Positions 36,921 to 45,168 of a stretch of 46,799 nucleotides of DNA are shown here, in pieces. The first letter of the stretch is position 1, and every line of letters starts with the position of its first letter. This DNA is from a virus (taxonomy: Duplodnaviria; Heunggongvirae; Uroviricota; Caudoviricetes): IMG/VR virus record IMGVR_UViG_2703718778_000015; one strand, given 5' to 3'. The translations under genes were made by a program, and so were the position numbers. The notes below the pieces were generated by a model. It saw only the letters and a list, made by a program, of their open reading frames with translations. It made no database searches and was not told the DNA's origin.

Positions 36921-37463
36921 TCAGACAAAACCAGCCGCTTTCCGGCGCTCATATTCCTGTTTCAGTAACTCAATTGGCGTTGGCCCTGGCGGGTGTTTTG
37001 GCCCTTCCAGTTGTCGTCGCACTGGCGGAACACTCATGCCGTTACCAACATTCTTTGCCCATTTGGTCAACAGTCGTTCTGCAAGTCGTTTCAGCTCACT
37101 TTCAGTCATCTGACGTTCAATCCCTCTGGTGCGCATCTCGAGGCAAATGTGGTACAGCACAGGCTGTGGCCACGGGTATTTATCACTCCCGTCGTATCGC
37201 CAGGATTCATTGCGCCAGCGCCGGTACTCTTCCATCACTGCATCCACCGTAAGACCAAATGGATTTGCCCCACTCTCCGAAATCAGTGCAACAAACTCAG
37301 CCAGGTCCGGGGGCCACGTTTCACCCGCCCGGCAGCGGTCCATGCACTGACGACAGACCAGACGGATTTGCTGTTCAGTCATCGCACCAATCTGGGCAAT
37401 CCAGAGCTTCGAAGGTGCGGCCCCGTTCTTCTGAGTCCAGCGGTTCGAATACACCTCCCCCAT
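36921..37463 (-). CDS. P: Replication protein P-like (helicase loader)
   Basis: C-terminal half resembles lambda P as remembered (YPWxx...Y...L, relaxed similarity); sits after the O-like gene. Start is uncertain: the ORF-track start overlaps the O-like gene by about 200 bp. Confidence 0.6.
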   Translation of the reverse strand: MGEVYSNRWTQKNGAAPSKLWIAQIGAMTEQQIRLVCRQCMDRCRAGETWPPDLAEFVALISESGANPFGLTVDAVMEEYRRWRNESWRYDGSDKYPWPQPVLYHICLEMRTRGIERQMTESELKRLAERLLTKWAKNVGNGMSVPPVRRQLEGPKHPPGPTPIELLKQEYERRKAAGFV

Positions 37464-38385
37464 AAGCTCCCACAGCTTCCAGGCCGTTTCCGTTGCTGAT
37501 AAATCCGTTTTCACGTTCCCACTGTTCGCGTGCTGCCCGGATTTCCTGAACTGCCCGTGATGCCGTGCCACCTGATGCTGCATGGCTTACCCCCTTGCTG
37601 ACTGGTTTTGCCTGTGCCCTGACGTGCTGCACGTGGCGGGCAAATTTCTGCTCCCACTGAACCTGCGTGAAAACCTTCCCCTCCGCCATCCAGTAATCCC
37701 GGAATGCGGCAAGCTCTGCAGGTGTAAATTCCGGCTCAGGCAGAGCCATACCCCACACAGCTGCCCGTTGTCGAAAATCCGGCGACGGCTGCCAGACAGT
37801 GGTCATCGAAAATTTCCCGATCGGTTCGCTCAGGCCGTCCAGGTATTCAGGTTCGGCTGTCTGCAACGGCGCACCATGCGACTCACTGGTAGGAATACTC
37901 TCGCGTTCACGCACGTTATGTGTGGGGTTTAATTCTTTTAGATCTGTATCTTTATTAGTTGCTTTTGTGTTTGCGTCATGTTCAAACACAACACCAACAT
38001 TTGTTTGAACACCTGTTAAATCTCTCTCTTGTTTTGTTTGAACATATGCTTCCTTTCTGCTTCTTCTGGCCTGAACAGATGCTTTTCCGGCGGCTGATTT
38101 TTTGGTCAATTTTTCCCTGACTGATGCCAGATCTTCCTCAATCCGAAGATGCACCCATTCATCGCCGTTATCGCAAAAAAACTCCCGCAAGGATGGTTCC
38201 ACATCAGCCCATCGCTCGTTAGTCAGACGGGAAATTTTTGCCAGCCTGTTTTTAGGTATTGGTTTCCCTGTTTGCCAGTAATTGAACATCAGCAACAAAT
38301 ACGCACCGTGCTCCTCTGCGGACAAATGCATGGTGTCAGCCAGGTAATCAGCTATGTACAGTTGCATGTATGGTAATGCGGCCAT
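37375..38385 (-). CDS. Replication initiation protein (O-like position; YdaU/DUF1376-like N-terminal domain)
   Basis: 337 aa from the internal Met (MAALPYMQLYIADYLADT...EEHGAYLLLMFNYW); lies between the YdaT-like and P-like genes. Confidence 0.55.
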   Translation of the reverse strand: MAALPYMQLYIADYLADTMHLSAEEHGAYLLLMFNYWQTGKPIPKNRLAKISRLTNERWADVEPSLREFFCDNGDEWVHLRIEEDLASVREKLTKKSAAGKASVQARRSRKEAYVQTKQERDLTGVQTNVGVVFEHDANTKATNKDTDLKELNPTHNVRERESIPTSESHGAPLQTAEPEYLDGLSEPIGKFSMTTVWQPSPDFRQRAAVWGMALPEPEFTPAELAAFRDYWMAEGKVFTQVQWEQKFARHVQHVRAQAKPVSKGVSHAASGGTASRAVQEIRAAREQWERENGFISNGNGLEAVGAYGGGVFEPLDSEERGRTFEALDCPDWCDD

Positions 38386-38471
38386 AATTGCCTCATCTTG
38401 TGACGAACCATCCTCTGGTGATATTCTGTGATTCCCCAATCAACAGAATCAGCAGGGGTATGGCATAAATA

Positions 38472-38909
38472 TCAATGCACCACAACAGACTCGCCGGATG
38501 ACCCGCCGTCGCTGAAATACGCTTTCCGGTAAACTGCCTGGACTGCATCATCATGCGCATCAATTGCCGTGCTCAACGCTTCCTGGGCCGCCAGTAATGC
38601 ACGGCGCTCAACAGTGTCAAAAATACTGAGGTGATAACGCAGTTCACGCGGAAGAACAGTCAGGATAGCTGGAATTAGTGCCTGAATTTTTTCAACAGCA
38701 TCAGGCGTATCCTTTTCAAGCCAGCGAAAAATATTTTGTATGTTCAATCCAATACCCTCTGTCGTAGAGGTGTCATGCATTGGTGGATAAGTCATTTCAA
38801 GCTGAAAATATGCTGTCGCTATATCATCAGCGATTTTTTTGCGCCCTACCCTCGGATAAAGCAGCCACGCATTCATCGCCATGCGGATGTGCTCATGCTT
38901 GATTTTCAT
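38472..38909 (-). CDS. YdaT-like protein (CII-analogue of Rac-type prophages)
   Basis: 145 aa; the C-terminal half (LIPAILTVLPRELRYHLSIFDTVERRALLAAQEALSTAIDAHDDAVQAVYRKAYF) resembles Rac YdaT as I recall it; position immediately after the cro-like gene. Confidence 0.55.
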   Translation of the reverse strand: MKIKHEHIRMAMNAWLLYPRVGRKKIADDIATAYFQLEMTYPPMHDTSTTEGIGLNIQNIFRWLEKDTPDAVEKIQALIPAILTVLPRELRYHLSIFDTVERRALLAAQEALSTAIDAHDDAVQAVYRKAYFSDGGSSGESVVVH

Positions 38910-39166
38910 GAATCAACTCCCGCCGCTGCTTGTGCGTTAGCCTGATACTCAACAGGTAAACCATCGGTTGGATTAGGGTATTTATCAGGGCGCAATTCAT
39001 GCGGAGTTACTCCCCAGTCAAGCGCCTCACATGCTGGTATAACCTCCTCCGCTGGCACTCGTTTTTTAAACCACCCACTTATGGTTTGCGGTGTTTTACC
39101 AAGACGACGCCCTAATTCTGATTGGCTCATTATTGACAGGATTTTCACTTGAGTACTTTTTTGCAT
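38906..39166 (-). CDS. Cro-like HTH regulator (YdaS-like)
   Basis: 86 aa HTH protein (QSELGRRLGKTPQTISGWFKKR) divergent from the cI-like gene across an operator region. Confidence 0.6.
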   Translation of the reverse strand: MQKSTQVKILSIMSQSELGRRLGKTPQTISGWFKKRVPAEEVIPACEALDWGVTPHELRPDKYPNPTDGLPVEYQANAQAAAGVDS

Positions 39167-39194
39167 GTTTCCCTCCGAACTTTACGATGACACC

Positions 39195-39245
39195 GATAAT
39201 TACAAATTTAAACTTAAATTTCAACTTCTATTTGTAATGCCACTT
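39195..39245. promoter_or_regulatory. OR-like operator region: inverted TTACAAAT / ATTTGTAA repeats with inner AAATTTAA...TTAAATTT palindrome
   Basis: Direct reading: ataattacaaatttaaacttaaatttcaacttctatttgtaatg between the divergent cro-like and cI-like genes. Confidence 0.55.
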
Positions 39246-39286
39246 ATCAATTTTTTCTGTAGGATCGCGGAACTAGTTTACGAGGG

Positions 39287-39685
39287 GTGGTGATGATCTT
39301 TGTAAAACGCCTTCAGCAGGTGTTGCAGGAATTGAATATAAACCAGTCAGAGCTGGGAAGACGTCTTGGTGTAAAACCCCAATCCGTGCAAGGTTGGTTG
39401 AAAGGCGTGATGCCAAGAATGGATAAACTGGAAAAATTAGCAGAGCTCTCACAACATCCCGTCCATTGGTTCTTTATGGAAGAAGAAACTCTCGGCGATA
39501 AAATGGCTGTATCCAGTAATGACAACCAACCGCAACTTACAGAACAACAACGAAAAATCATATCGCTTTTAGATGAGTTACCTCAAAGCGACGCAGAGCA
39601 GATCATTCGTGATATGGAGCAAAAACGCGATTTCTATAAACGGAAACTTGAAGAGTTACTGCGGCAGAAAAACAAAACTGCCTGA
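39287..39685 (+). CDS. CI-like prophage repressor (short HTH repressor, RacR-like; no S24 peptidase domain)
   Basis: 132 aa; N-terminal HTH (NINQSELGRRLGVKPQSVQGWLKG), coiled-coil C-terminus; divergent from cro-like gene. Confidence 0.6.
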   Translation: MVMIFVKRLQQVLQELNINQSELGRRLGVKPQSVQGWLKGVMPRMDKLEKLAELSQHPVHWFFMEEETLGDKMAVSSNDNQPQLTEQQRKIISLLDELPQSDAEQIIRDMEQKRDFYKRKLEELLRQKNKTA

Positions 39686-39731
39686 TGCATTCCTTTTCTG
39701 GAACGAGCATCAGGCAAATGACTAGCAGATT

Positions 39732-40091
39732 TTATAATCCAACCAGGCTTTCCAGGGGGATACCAAATTGATTATGAAGACGGCGAATCATTGGTAACGT
39801 AAGGCTTCTGGTACCATTCAACACCTCATAAACCCGATTTTTTTTCCCAATTGCGGGTTCCAAATCTTTCACAGTCAGCCCCTGCTGTTCCATGCGAAAT
39901 CTTATAGCTTCAATTGGGGATGGTGGCTCAATGGGATAATGTTTTTTTTCATATTCCTCTATTAGCAAACACATCACCTCAAAAAAATCCCCCTCAGGCG
40001 TGTCAATTTCGGGCTCATTGTCGAACATGGGTTCAACAGCACGCAACGCGGCTTCATAATCTTGCTCTGTACGAATAGGTTTGATGTTCAT
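39732..40091 (-). CDS. higA: HigA-like antitoxin (HTH/XRE)
   Basis: 119 aa; HigA-type architecture with C-terminal HTH (GLTVKDLEPAIGKKNRVYEVLNGTRSLTLPMIRRL); immediately downstream of higB with a 2-bp gap. Confidence 0.75.
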   Translation of the reverse strand: MNIKPIRTEQDYEAALRAVEPMFDNEPEIDTPEGDFFEVMCLLIEEYEKKHYPIEPPSPIEAIRFRMEQQGLTVKDLEPAIGKKNRVYEVLNGTRSLTLPMIRRLHNQFGIPLESLVGL

Positions 40092-40093
40092 GC

Positions 40094-40396
40094 TTACTCC
40101 AGTTCGATGGTATCAGCATCAATAGCATCGTATTCCTTGTGGTTTCCGATGAATTTAACAAATACCCATCCTCGCTGATACGCAATTGCAACAATTAAAC
40201 GGTAATGATTACCTTTTATGTTGAATACCACGCGCCGGTTTTTCAATATACTGGCCGTTCGGTATTGTACCTTTATGTCTGCTGGGCTTTTCCAGTCAGC
40301 TTTTGCCGCCTCATCCACCCATGCCCTTAGCGGTTGTTCTGCATCAGGATTCTCCGCCCAAAAATCCCTGAGTGTTTTAACTGAGATAATCTTCAT
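40094..40396 (-). CDS. higB: HigB-like toxin (RelE/ParE superfamily)
   Basis: About 100 aa from Met (MKIISVKTLRDFW...VFNIKGNHYRLIVAIAY...FIGNHKEYD), typical HigB motifs; toxin-first order. Confidence 0.75.
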   Translation of the reverse strand: MKIISVKTLRDFWAENPDAEQPLRAWVDEAAKADWKSPADIKVQYRTASILKNRRVVFNIKGNHYRLIVAIAYQRGWVFVKFIGNHKEYDAIDADTIELE

Positions 40397-40440
40397 AACT
40401 GTATAGTAGTCCCATTTTGGGACTGATGCAACAGCTCGCA

Positions 40441-40495
40441 ATTACAAATTTAATAATAAACATGTTGACCAGTTAAATTTTAATTTGTAAATTGT
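40441..40495 (+). promoter_or_regulatory. OL/pL-like region: sigma70 promoter (TTGACC - 17 bp - TAAATT) flanked by TTACAAAT / ATTTGTAA operator half-sites
   Basis: Direct reading: attacaaatttaataataaacatgTTGACCagttaaattttaatttgTAAATTg; same 8-9-bp motif as in the OR region; the higB promoter must be divergent from the same interval. Confidence 0.55.
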
Positions 40496-40672
40496 ATCCA
40501 TAAACCCACCCCGCCCCACAGAACGCAGGGCAATACTTCGAGTTACCCGGCAGTGGTCAGGGGTTAAGTAGCCAGCCCGAGGCGTAAGAACATGACGGCA
40601 GGGTTCAACTTTAATAACTATGCAGCAGGTTTTTGTTCCGCTACCCCGGCGTTAAGGGGAAATGAGGTCAGC

Positions 40673-40828
40673 ATGGATACTATCGATCTTGGCAACAACG
40701 AATCTCTGGTATGTGGCGTGTTCCCCAACCAGGACGGTACGTTCACCGCGATGACGTATACCAAAAGCAAAACGTTTAAAACCGAAAATGGTGCCCGTCG
40801 CTGGCTGGAAAGAAACTCAGGTGAGTGA
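40673..40828 (+). CDS. Hypothetical small protein (51 aa), first gene of early-left operon
   Basis: ATG preceded by GAGGT RBS (MDTIDLGNNESLV...). Confidence 0.4.
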   Translation: MDTIDLGNNESLVCGVFPNQDGTFTAMTYTKSKTFKTENGARRWLERNSGE

Positions 40829-40829
40829 T

Positions 40830-41135
40830 ATGGATTTCGACACAATCATGGAAAAGGCTTACGAAGAATACTTCGAAGGCCTTGCCGAAGGCGAAGAAGC
40901 TCTCAGCTTCAGTGAGTTTAAACAGGCACTCAGAATAAGAATGTGCTCTCACAATGACGCGGAGCACAAATATGAGAAGCAAAATCAGACCGCAGAAAAT
41001 TTTGTTCTGGAACCCGGAGAAACGCTTTTCAAAATTCCCGTTACGTGCCCCATTTGCGGTTTTACATCAGAAGAACTTGACGACTCCTGTAACAATCAGG
41101 AAACAACCAAGTATGTCGAAGATGATACCGAGTGA
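40830..41135 (+). CDS. Hypothetical acidic protein with CxxC zinc-ribbon-like motif (101 aa)
   Basis: ATG overlapping the upstream stop (TGATATG), AGGTGAG RBS; contains CPICG. Confidence 0.4.
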   Translation: MDFDTIMEKAYEEYFEGLAEGEEALSFSEFKQALRIRMCSHNDAEHKYEKQNQTAENFVLEPGETLFKIPVTCPICGFTSEELDDSCNNQETTKYVEDDTE

Positions 41136-41387
41136 GCACGAAGAACGGTTATATCCACGAGCCCAAACTCCAGGACCAATAAATCTCACTTTGAGAGGGT
41201 GGTTAATCCACTCTCCCAAACCAATAAAAAAGATGCCGGAGGACAAAAAACCCAATGGAACAACGGGATATCTGTCGAAAAAAGACGTTCCATTAAAGAC
41301 AAACAACGCAGCGCCAACAACTGTAAGCGCTTTATACCAGTAATCAATTTTCATGTTCTTAAGTGGATTTATTGGTGGTTGCGACAT
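41067..41387 (-). CDS. Putative small membrane protein (possibly superinfection-exclusion SieB-like)
   Basis: Two predicted hydrophobic helices (ALTVVGAALFVF, GIFFIGLGEWI, ...ILGCFLIVTGVV); SieB assignment is by position in the imm-left region only. Confidence 0.35.
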   Translation of the reverse strand: MSQPPINPLKNMKIDYWYKALTVVGAALFVFNGTSFFDRYPVVPLGFLSSGIFFIGLGEWINHPLKVRFIGPGVWARGYNRSSCSLGIIFDILGCFLIVTGVVKFF

Positions 41388-41895
41388 TGCTTAATGAATC
41401 CTTAAAACTGTGGTGATTTTAAGGATACCACCTCGCCTGACGTGGTTAAAAGCAGGCACACAACACGAAAGCGCACGGCGAGGTTTCTGGTTCATAGATG
41501 GCTTGTCGTTAAATTTTCGTCGACCGTGCGCTCCCGGTTGTGGCAATCCGCGAAACGGCGCGGCGGTAAGTATGGCGGGGGTACTCTTCTCCCCCTGTGG
41601 AGCACCGGGTTGTCAGGTTGACCATACGCTTAAGAGACAACCACGCTGCAACGCCCTCTGTTATCCATTTTCTGGTGACGTTTGGCGGTATCAGTTTTAC
41701 TCCGTGACTGCTCTGCCGCCCTTTTTAAAGTGAATTTTGTGATGTGGTGAATGCGGCTGAGCGCACGCGGAACAGTTAAAACCAAAAACAGTGTTATGGG
41801 TGGATTCTCTGTATCCGGCGTTAATTGTTAACTGGTTAACGTCACCTGGAGGCACCAGGCACCGCATCACAAAATTCATTGTTGAGGACGCGATA

Positions 41896-42084
41896 ATGGA
41901 AACGTTATTACCAAACGTTAATACGTCTGAAGGTTGTTTTGAAATTGGTGTCACTATCAGTAACCCTGTATTTACTGAAGATGCCATTAACAAGAGAAAA
42001 CACGAACGGGAGCTATTAAATAAAATATGCATTCTTTCAATGTTGGCCCGTTTACGTCCGATACAAAAAGGATGCTGGCAATGA
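41896..42084 (+). CDS. Hypothetical small protein (62 aa)
   Basis: ATG with GAGGA RBS (METLLPNVNTSEG...); followed by a 15-codon hydrophobic mini-ORF with stop/start overlap. Confidence 0.3.
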   Translation: METLLPNVNTSEGCFEIGVTISNPVFTEDAINKRKHERELLNKICILSMLARLRPIQKGCWQ

Positions 42085-42365
42085 ATACAGCATTTGCACT
42101 TGTTCTGACAGTTTTTCTTGTTTCCTGAGAGCCAGTTGATATTGCAGTCAGTGTTCACAGGACAATGCAGGAGTGTGTGACTGCAGCAACCGAACAGAAA
42201 ATTCCCGGTAACTGTTACCCGGTCGATAAAGTTATTCACCAGGATAATATCGAAATCCCGGCAGGTCTTTAAAACAGTTCCGTAATAAACATCCGATTTC
42301 ATTCTTATATGCCAGCAATGGCAGGGATTTGTTCATCCTTAAATCTGTCATGAGGTTAAAACAAA

Positions 42366-44837
42366 ATGAGTAAAGTCTTTATTTGCGCCGCTATTCCTGA
42401 CGAACTGGCAACAAGGGAAGAAGGCGCTGTGGCTGTAGCCACAGCCATTGAAGCTGGCGACGAACGCCGTGCTCGAGCAAAATTTCACTGGCAGTTCCTG
42501 GAACATTATCCGGCTGCTCAGGACTGCGCTTATAAATTTATTGTCTGCGAGGATAAACCTGGCATACCCCGCCCTGCCCTCGATTCATGGGATGCTGAAT
42601 ATATGCAGGAAAACCGCTGGGATGAGGAGTCTGCTTCTTTTGTCCCGGTTGAGACTGAATCCGATCCGATGAACGTCACTTTTGACAACCTAGCCCCTGA
42701 AGTACAGAACGCTGTCATGGTTAAGTTCGACACATGTGAAAACATCACTGTTGATATGGTGATTAGCGCACAGGAATTGTTGCAGGAAGACATGGCAACA
42801 TTCGACGGCCATATCGTTGAAGCGTTGATGAAAATGCCAGAAGTTAACGCTATGTATCCGGAGCTTAAGCTGCATGCCATCGGGTGGGTTAAGCATAAAT
42901 GTAAGCCTGGTGCCAAATGGCCCGAAATTCAGGCAGAGATGCGCATCTGGAAAAAACGTCGCGAAGGTGAACGCAAGGAAGCCGGAAAATACACGTCTGT
43001 TGTTGATCTCGCCCGCGCCAGAGCCAATCAACAGCACACTGAAAATTCAACAGGAAAAATCAGCCCGGTCATTGCTGCCACTCATCGCGAATACAAGCAG
43101 ACATGGAAAACACTGGATGACGAACTGGCCTACGCTCTCTGGCCTGGTGATGTGGATGCCGGAAACATTGACGGCAGCATCCATCGCTGGGCAAAAAATG
43201 AAGTTATCGACAACGACCGCGAAGACTGGAAGCGTATCTCGGCATCAATGCGCAAACAGCCTGATGCCCTTCGCTACGACCGCCAGACTATTTTTGGCCT
43301 TGTCCGTGAACGTCCGATCGACATTCACAAAGACCCTGTGGCACTGAACAAATACATTACTGAATACCTGACTACAAAGGGCGTGTTTGAAGATGAAGGA
43401 ACAAATCAGAGCGCAACTGATACTCTCTCGTCGCCAGTACCAGAAACTGATGCAGTGGAAACGGCAATTCCGGACAACGAAAAAACCGAATGCAAAGTGG
43501 AAGTCGAACCATCTGTAGAGCGTGAAGGGCCGTTCTACTTCCTCTTCACCGACAAGGATGGCGAAAAATACGGTCGCGCAAACAAACTTTCTGGTCTGGA
43601 TAAGGCACTGGCTGCAGGGGCTACTGAAATCACGAAAGAAGAATATTTCGGCCGCAAAAACGGTACATACTCAGGTTCACAACAAAATACTTGTGCATCT
43701 GACACGACCGCACAACCTGGGCCGGTAAAAGTTACCGCTGACGAAGTAAACAAAATTATGCAGGCAGCCAATATCAGCCAGCCTGACGCCGATGAACTGC
43801 TTGCAGTATCACGTGGTGAATTTGTTGCAGGGATTAGCGATCCGAATGATCCGAAATGGGTGAAGGGGATTGAAACCCGCGATTCTGTGAACCAGAACCA
43901 GCAAGAAACGGAACAGAACGACCAGAAAGCGGAACAAAACAGCCAAAATACGCAACAAAACGAGCCAGAAACGAAACAACCTGAACCAGTAGTGCAACAG
44001 GAACCGGAAAAGATCTGCACCGCCTGCGGTCAAAGCGGTGGCGGCAACTGCCCTGATTGTGGTGCAGTGATGGGCGACGCAACATACCAGGAAACATTCG
44101 ATGACAAGAACCAGGTTGAAGTTCAGGAAGACGATTCGGAGAAAATGGAAGGCGCTGAACATCCACACAAGCAGAATGCTGGCAGCGCTCTGGGTCACGC
44201 CAGCGATAGTGAAACTGGCGAGACGGCAGATCCCTTAATTACGGTGAACGGTCATCACGTTATCATATCCACCAGCAGGACGTGTGACCATCTAATGATC
44301 GACCTTGAAACCATGGGAAAAAATCCTGATGCCCCGATTATCTCAATAGGTGCAATATTTTTCGATCCGCAAACCGGAGATATGGGACCGGAATTTAGTA
44401 AGACTATCGATCTGGAAACTGCTGGCGGAGTCATTGATCGGGACACCATTAAATGGTGGCTTAAGCAATCACGCGAAGCGCAATCAGCCATTCTGACCGA
44501 TGAAATCCCGTTGGATGACGCACTGTTGCAATTACGGGAATTTATCGACGAAAACTCCGGTGAATTTTTTGTTCAGGTCTGGGGAAATGGAGCCAACTTT
44601 GACAACGTAATTTTACGCCGTTCATATGAACGGCAGAGGATCCCCTGCCCATGGCGTTACACCAATGATCGCGATGTAAGAACGATGGTTGCTCTGGGAC
44701 TGGTGATGGATTTCGATGCTCGAAGTGTCATCACATTTGAGGGTGAGCGCCATAATGCCCTGCACGATGCGCGTTACCAGGCAAAATACGTTTCAGCTAT
44801 CTGGCAAAAACTGATCCCGAGTCAGGCTGATTTTTAA
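42366..44837 (+). CDS. Large early protein with C-terminal DnaQ-like (DEDDh) 3'-5' exonuclease domain
   Basis: 823 aa; C-terminal motifs Exo I (MIDLETMG), Exo II (VWGNGANFDNVIL) and Exo III (HNALHDARYQAKY); upstream CxxC-x10-CxxC zinc ribbon (CTACGQSGGGNCPDCG) and a Q/E-rich low-complexity stretch. Confidence 0.75.
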   Translation: MSKVFICAAIPDELATREEGAVAVATAIEAGDERRARAKFHWQFLEHYPAAQDCAYKFIVCEDKPGIPRPALDSWDAEYMQENRWDEESASFVPVETESDPMNVTFDNLAPEVQNAVMVKFDTCENITVDMVISAQELLQEDMATFDGHIVEALMKMPEVNAMYPELKLHAIGWVKHKCKPGAKWPEIQAEMRIWKKRREGERKEAGKYTSVVDLARARANQQHTENSTGKISPVIAATHREYKQTWKTLDDELAYALWPGDVDAGNIDGSIHRWAKNEVIDNDREDWKRISASMRKQPDALRYDRQTIFGLVRERPIDIHKDPVALNKYITEYLTTKGVFEDEGTNQSATDTLSSPVPETDAVETAIPDNEKTECKVEVEPSVEREGPFYFLFTDKDGEKYGRANKLSGLDKALAAGATEITKEEYFGRKNGTYSGSQQNTCASDTTAQPGPVKVTADEVNKIMQAANISQPDADELLAVSRGEFVAGISDPNDPKWVKGIETRDSVNQNQQETEQNDQKAEQNSQNTQQNEPETKQPEPVVQQEPEKICTACGQSGGGNCPDCGAVMGDATYQETFDDKNQVEVQEDDSEKMEGAEHPHKQNAGSALGHASDSETGETADPLITVNGHHVIISTSRTCDHLMIDLETMGKNPDAPIISIGAIFFDPQTGDMGPEFSKTIDLETAGGVIDRDTIKWWLKQSREAQSAILTDEIPLDDALLQLREFIDENSGEFFVQVWGNGANFDNVILRRSYERQRIPCPWRYTNDRDVRTMVALGLVMDFDARSVITFEGERHNALHDARYQAKYVSAIWQKLIPSQADF

Positions 44838-44898
44838 TGTTCAACCGTCGCCAGTTGTCGTTGGTATTCTGCAACTGGCGCGTTCCGGAGTGATAGCC

Positions 44899-45168
44899 AT
44901 GAGCGAACAGTACCTGATAACGCTCGACGAGTGGAAACCAAAACGGTTCAGTCTCCCAATAACAAACACTACCCTGGTGAAATACGGAAAACTAGGATAC
45001 ATCGTTCCAAGACCACAAAAAATTCGTGGGCGTTGGCTGATAGATCGCCGAGCAGTATTTGTTGGGCCTGGTGAAACGGGAATTGCGCCGGAAATTCATA
45101 CTGGCGATGATGATGCACTGAAGGAGATTTTAACTCATGTCACCGAGGCCACGAAAAAACAGCACTGA
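44899..45168 (+). CDS. xis: Excisionase (Xis-like)
   Basis: About 89 aa from MSEQYLITLDEW...; lambda Xis-like pattern (YLTLxEW ... PxPxK.GRxxL); GGAG RBS; overlaps the int start. Confidence 0.65.
   Translation: MSEQYLITLDEWKPKRFSLPITNTTLVKYGKLGYIVPRPQKIRGRWLIDRRAVFVGPGETGIAPEIHTGDDDALKEILTHVTEATKKQH

Noticed and set aside
41697-42302. 201-aa minus-strand ORF between the sieB-like gene and the exonuclease gene
   Set aside because: Unusual Cys/His/Asn-rich composition, no RBS noted, and it overlaps better-supported plus-strand small ORFs; likely a chance ORF.
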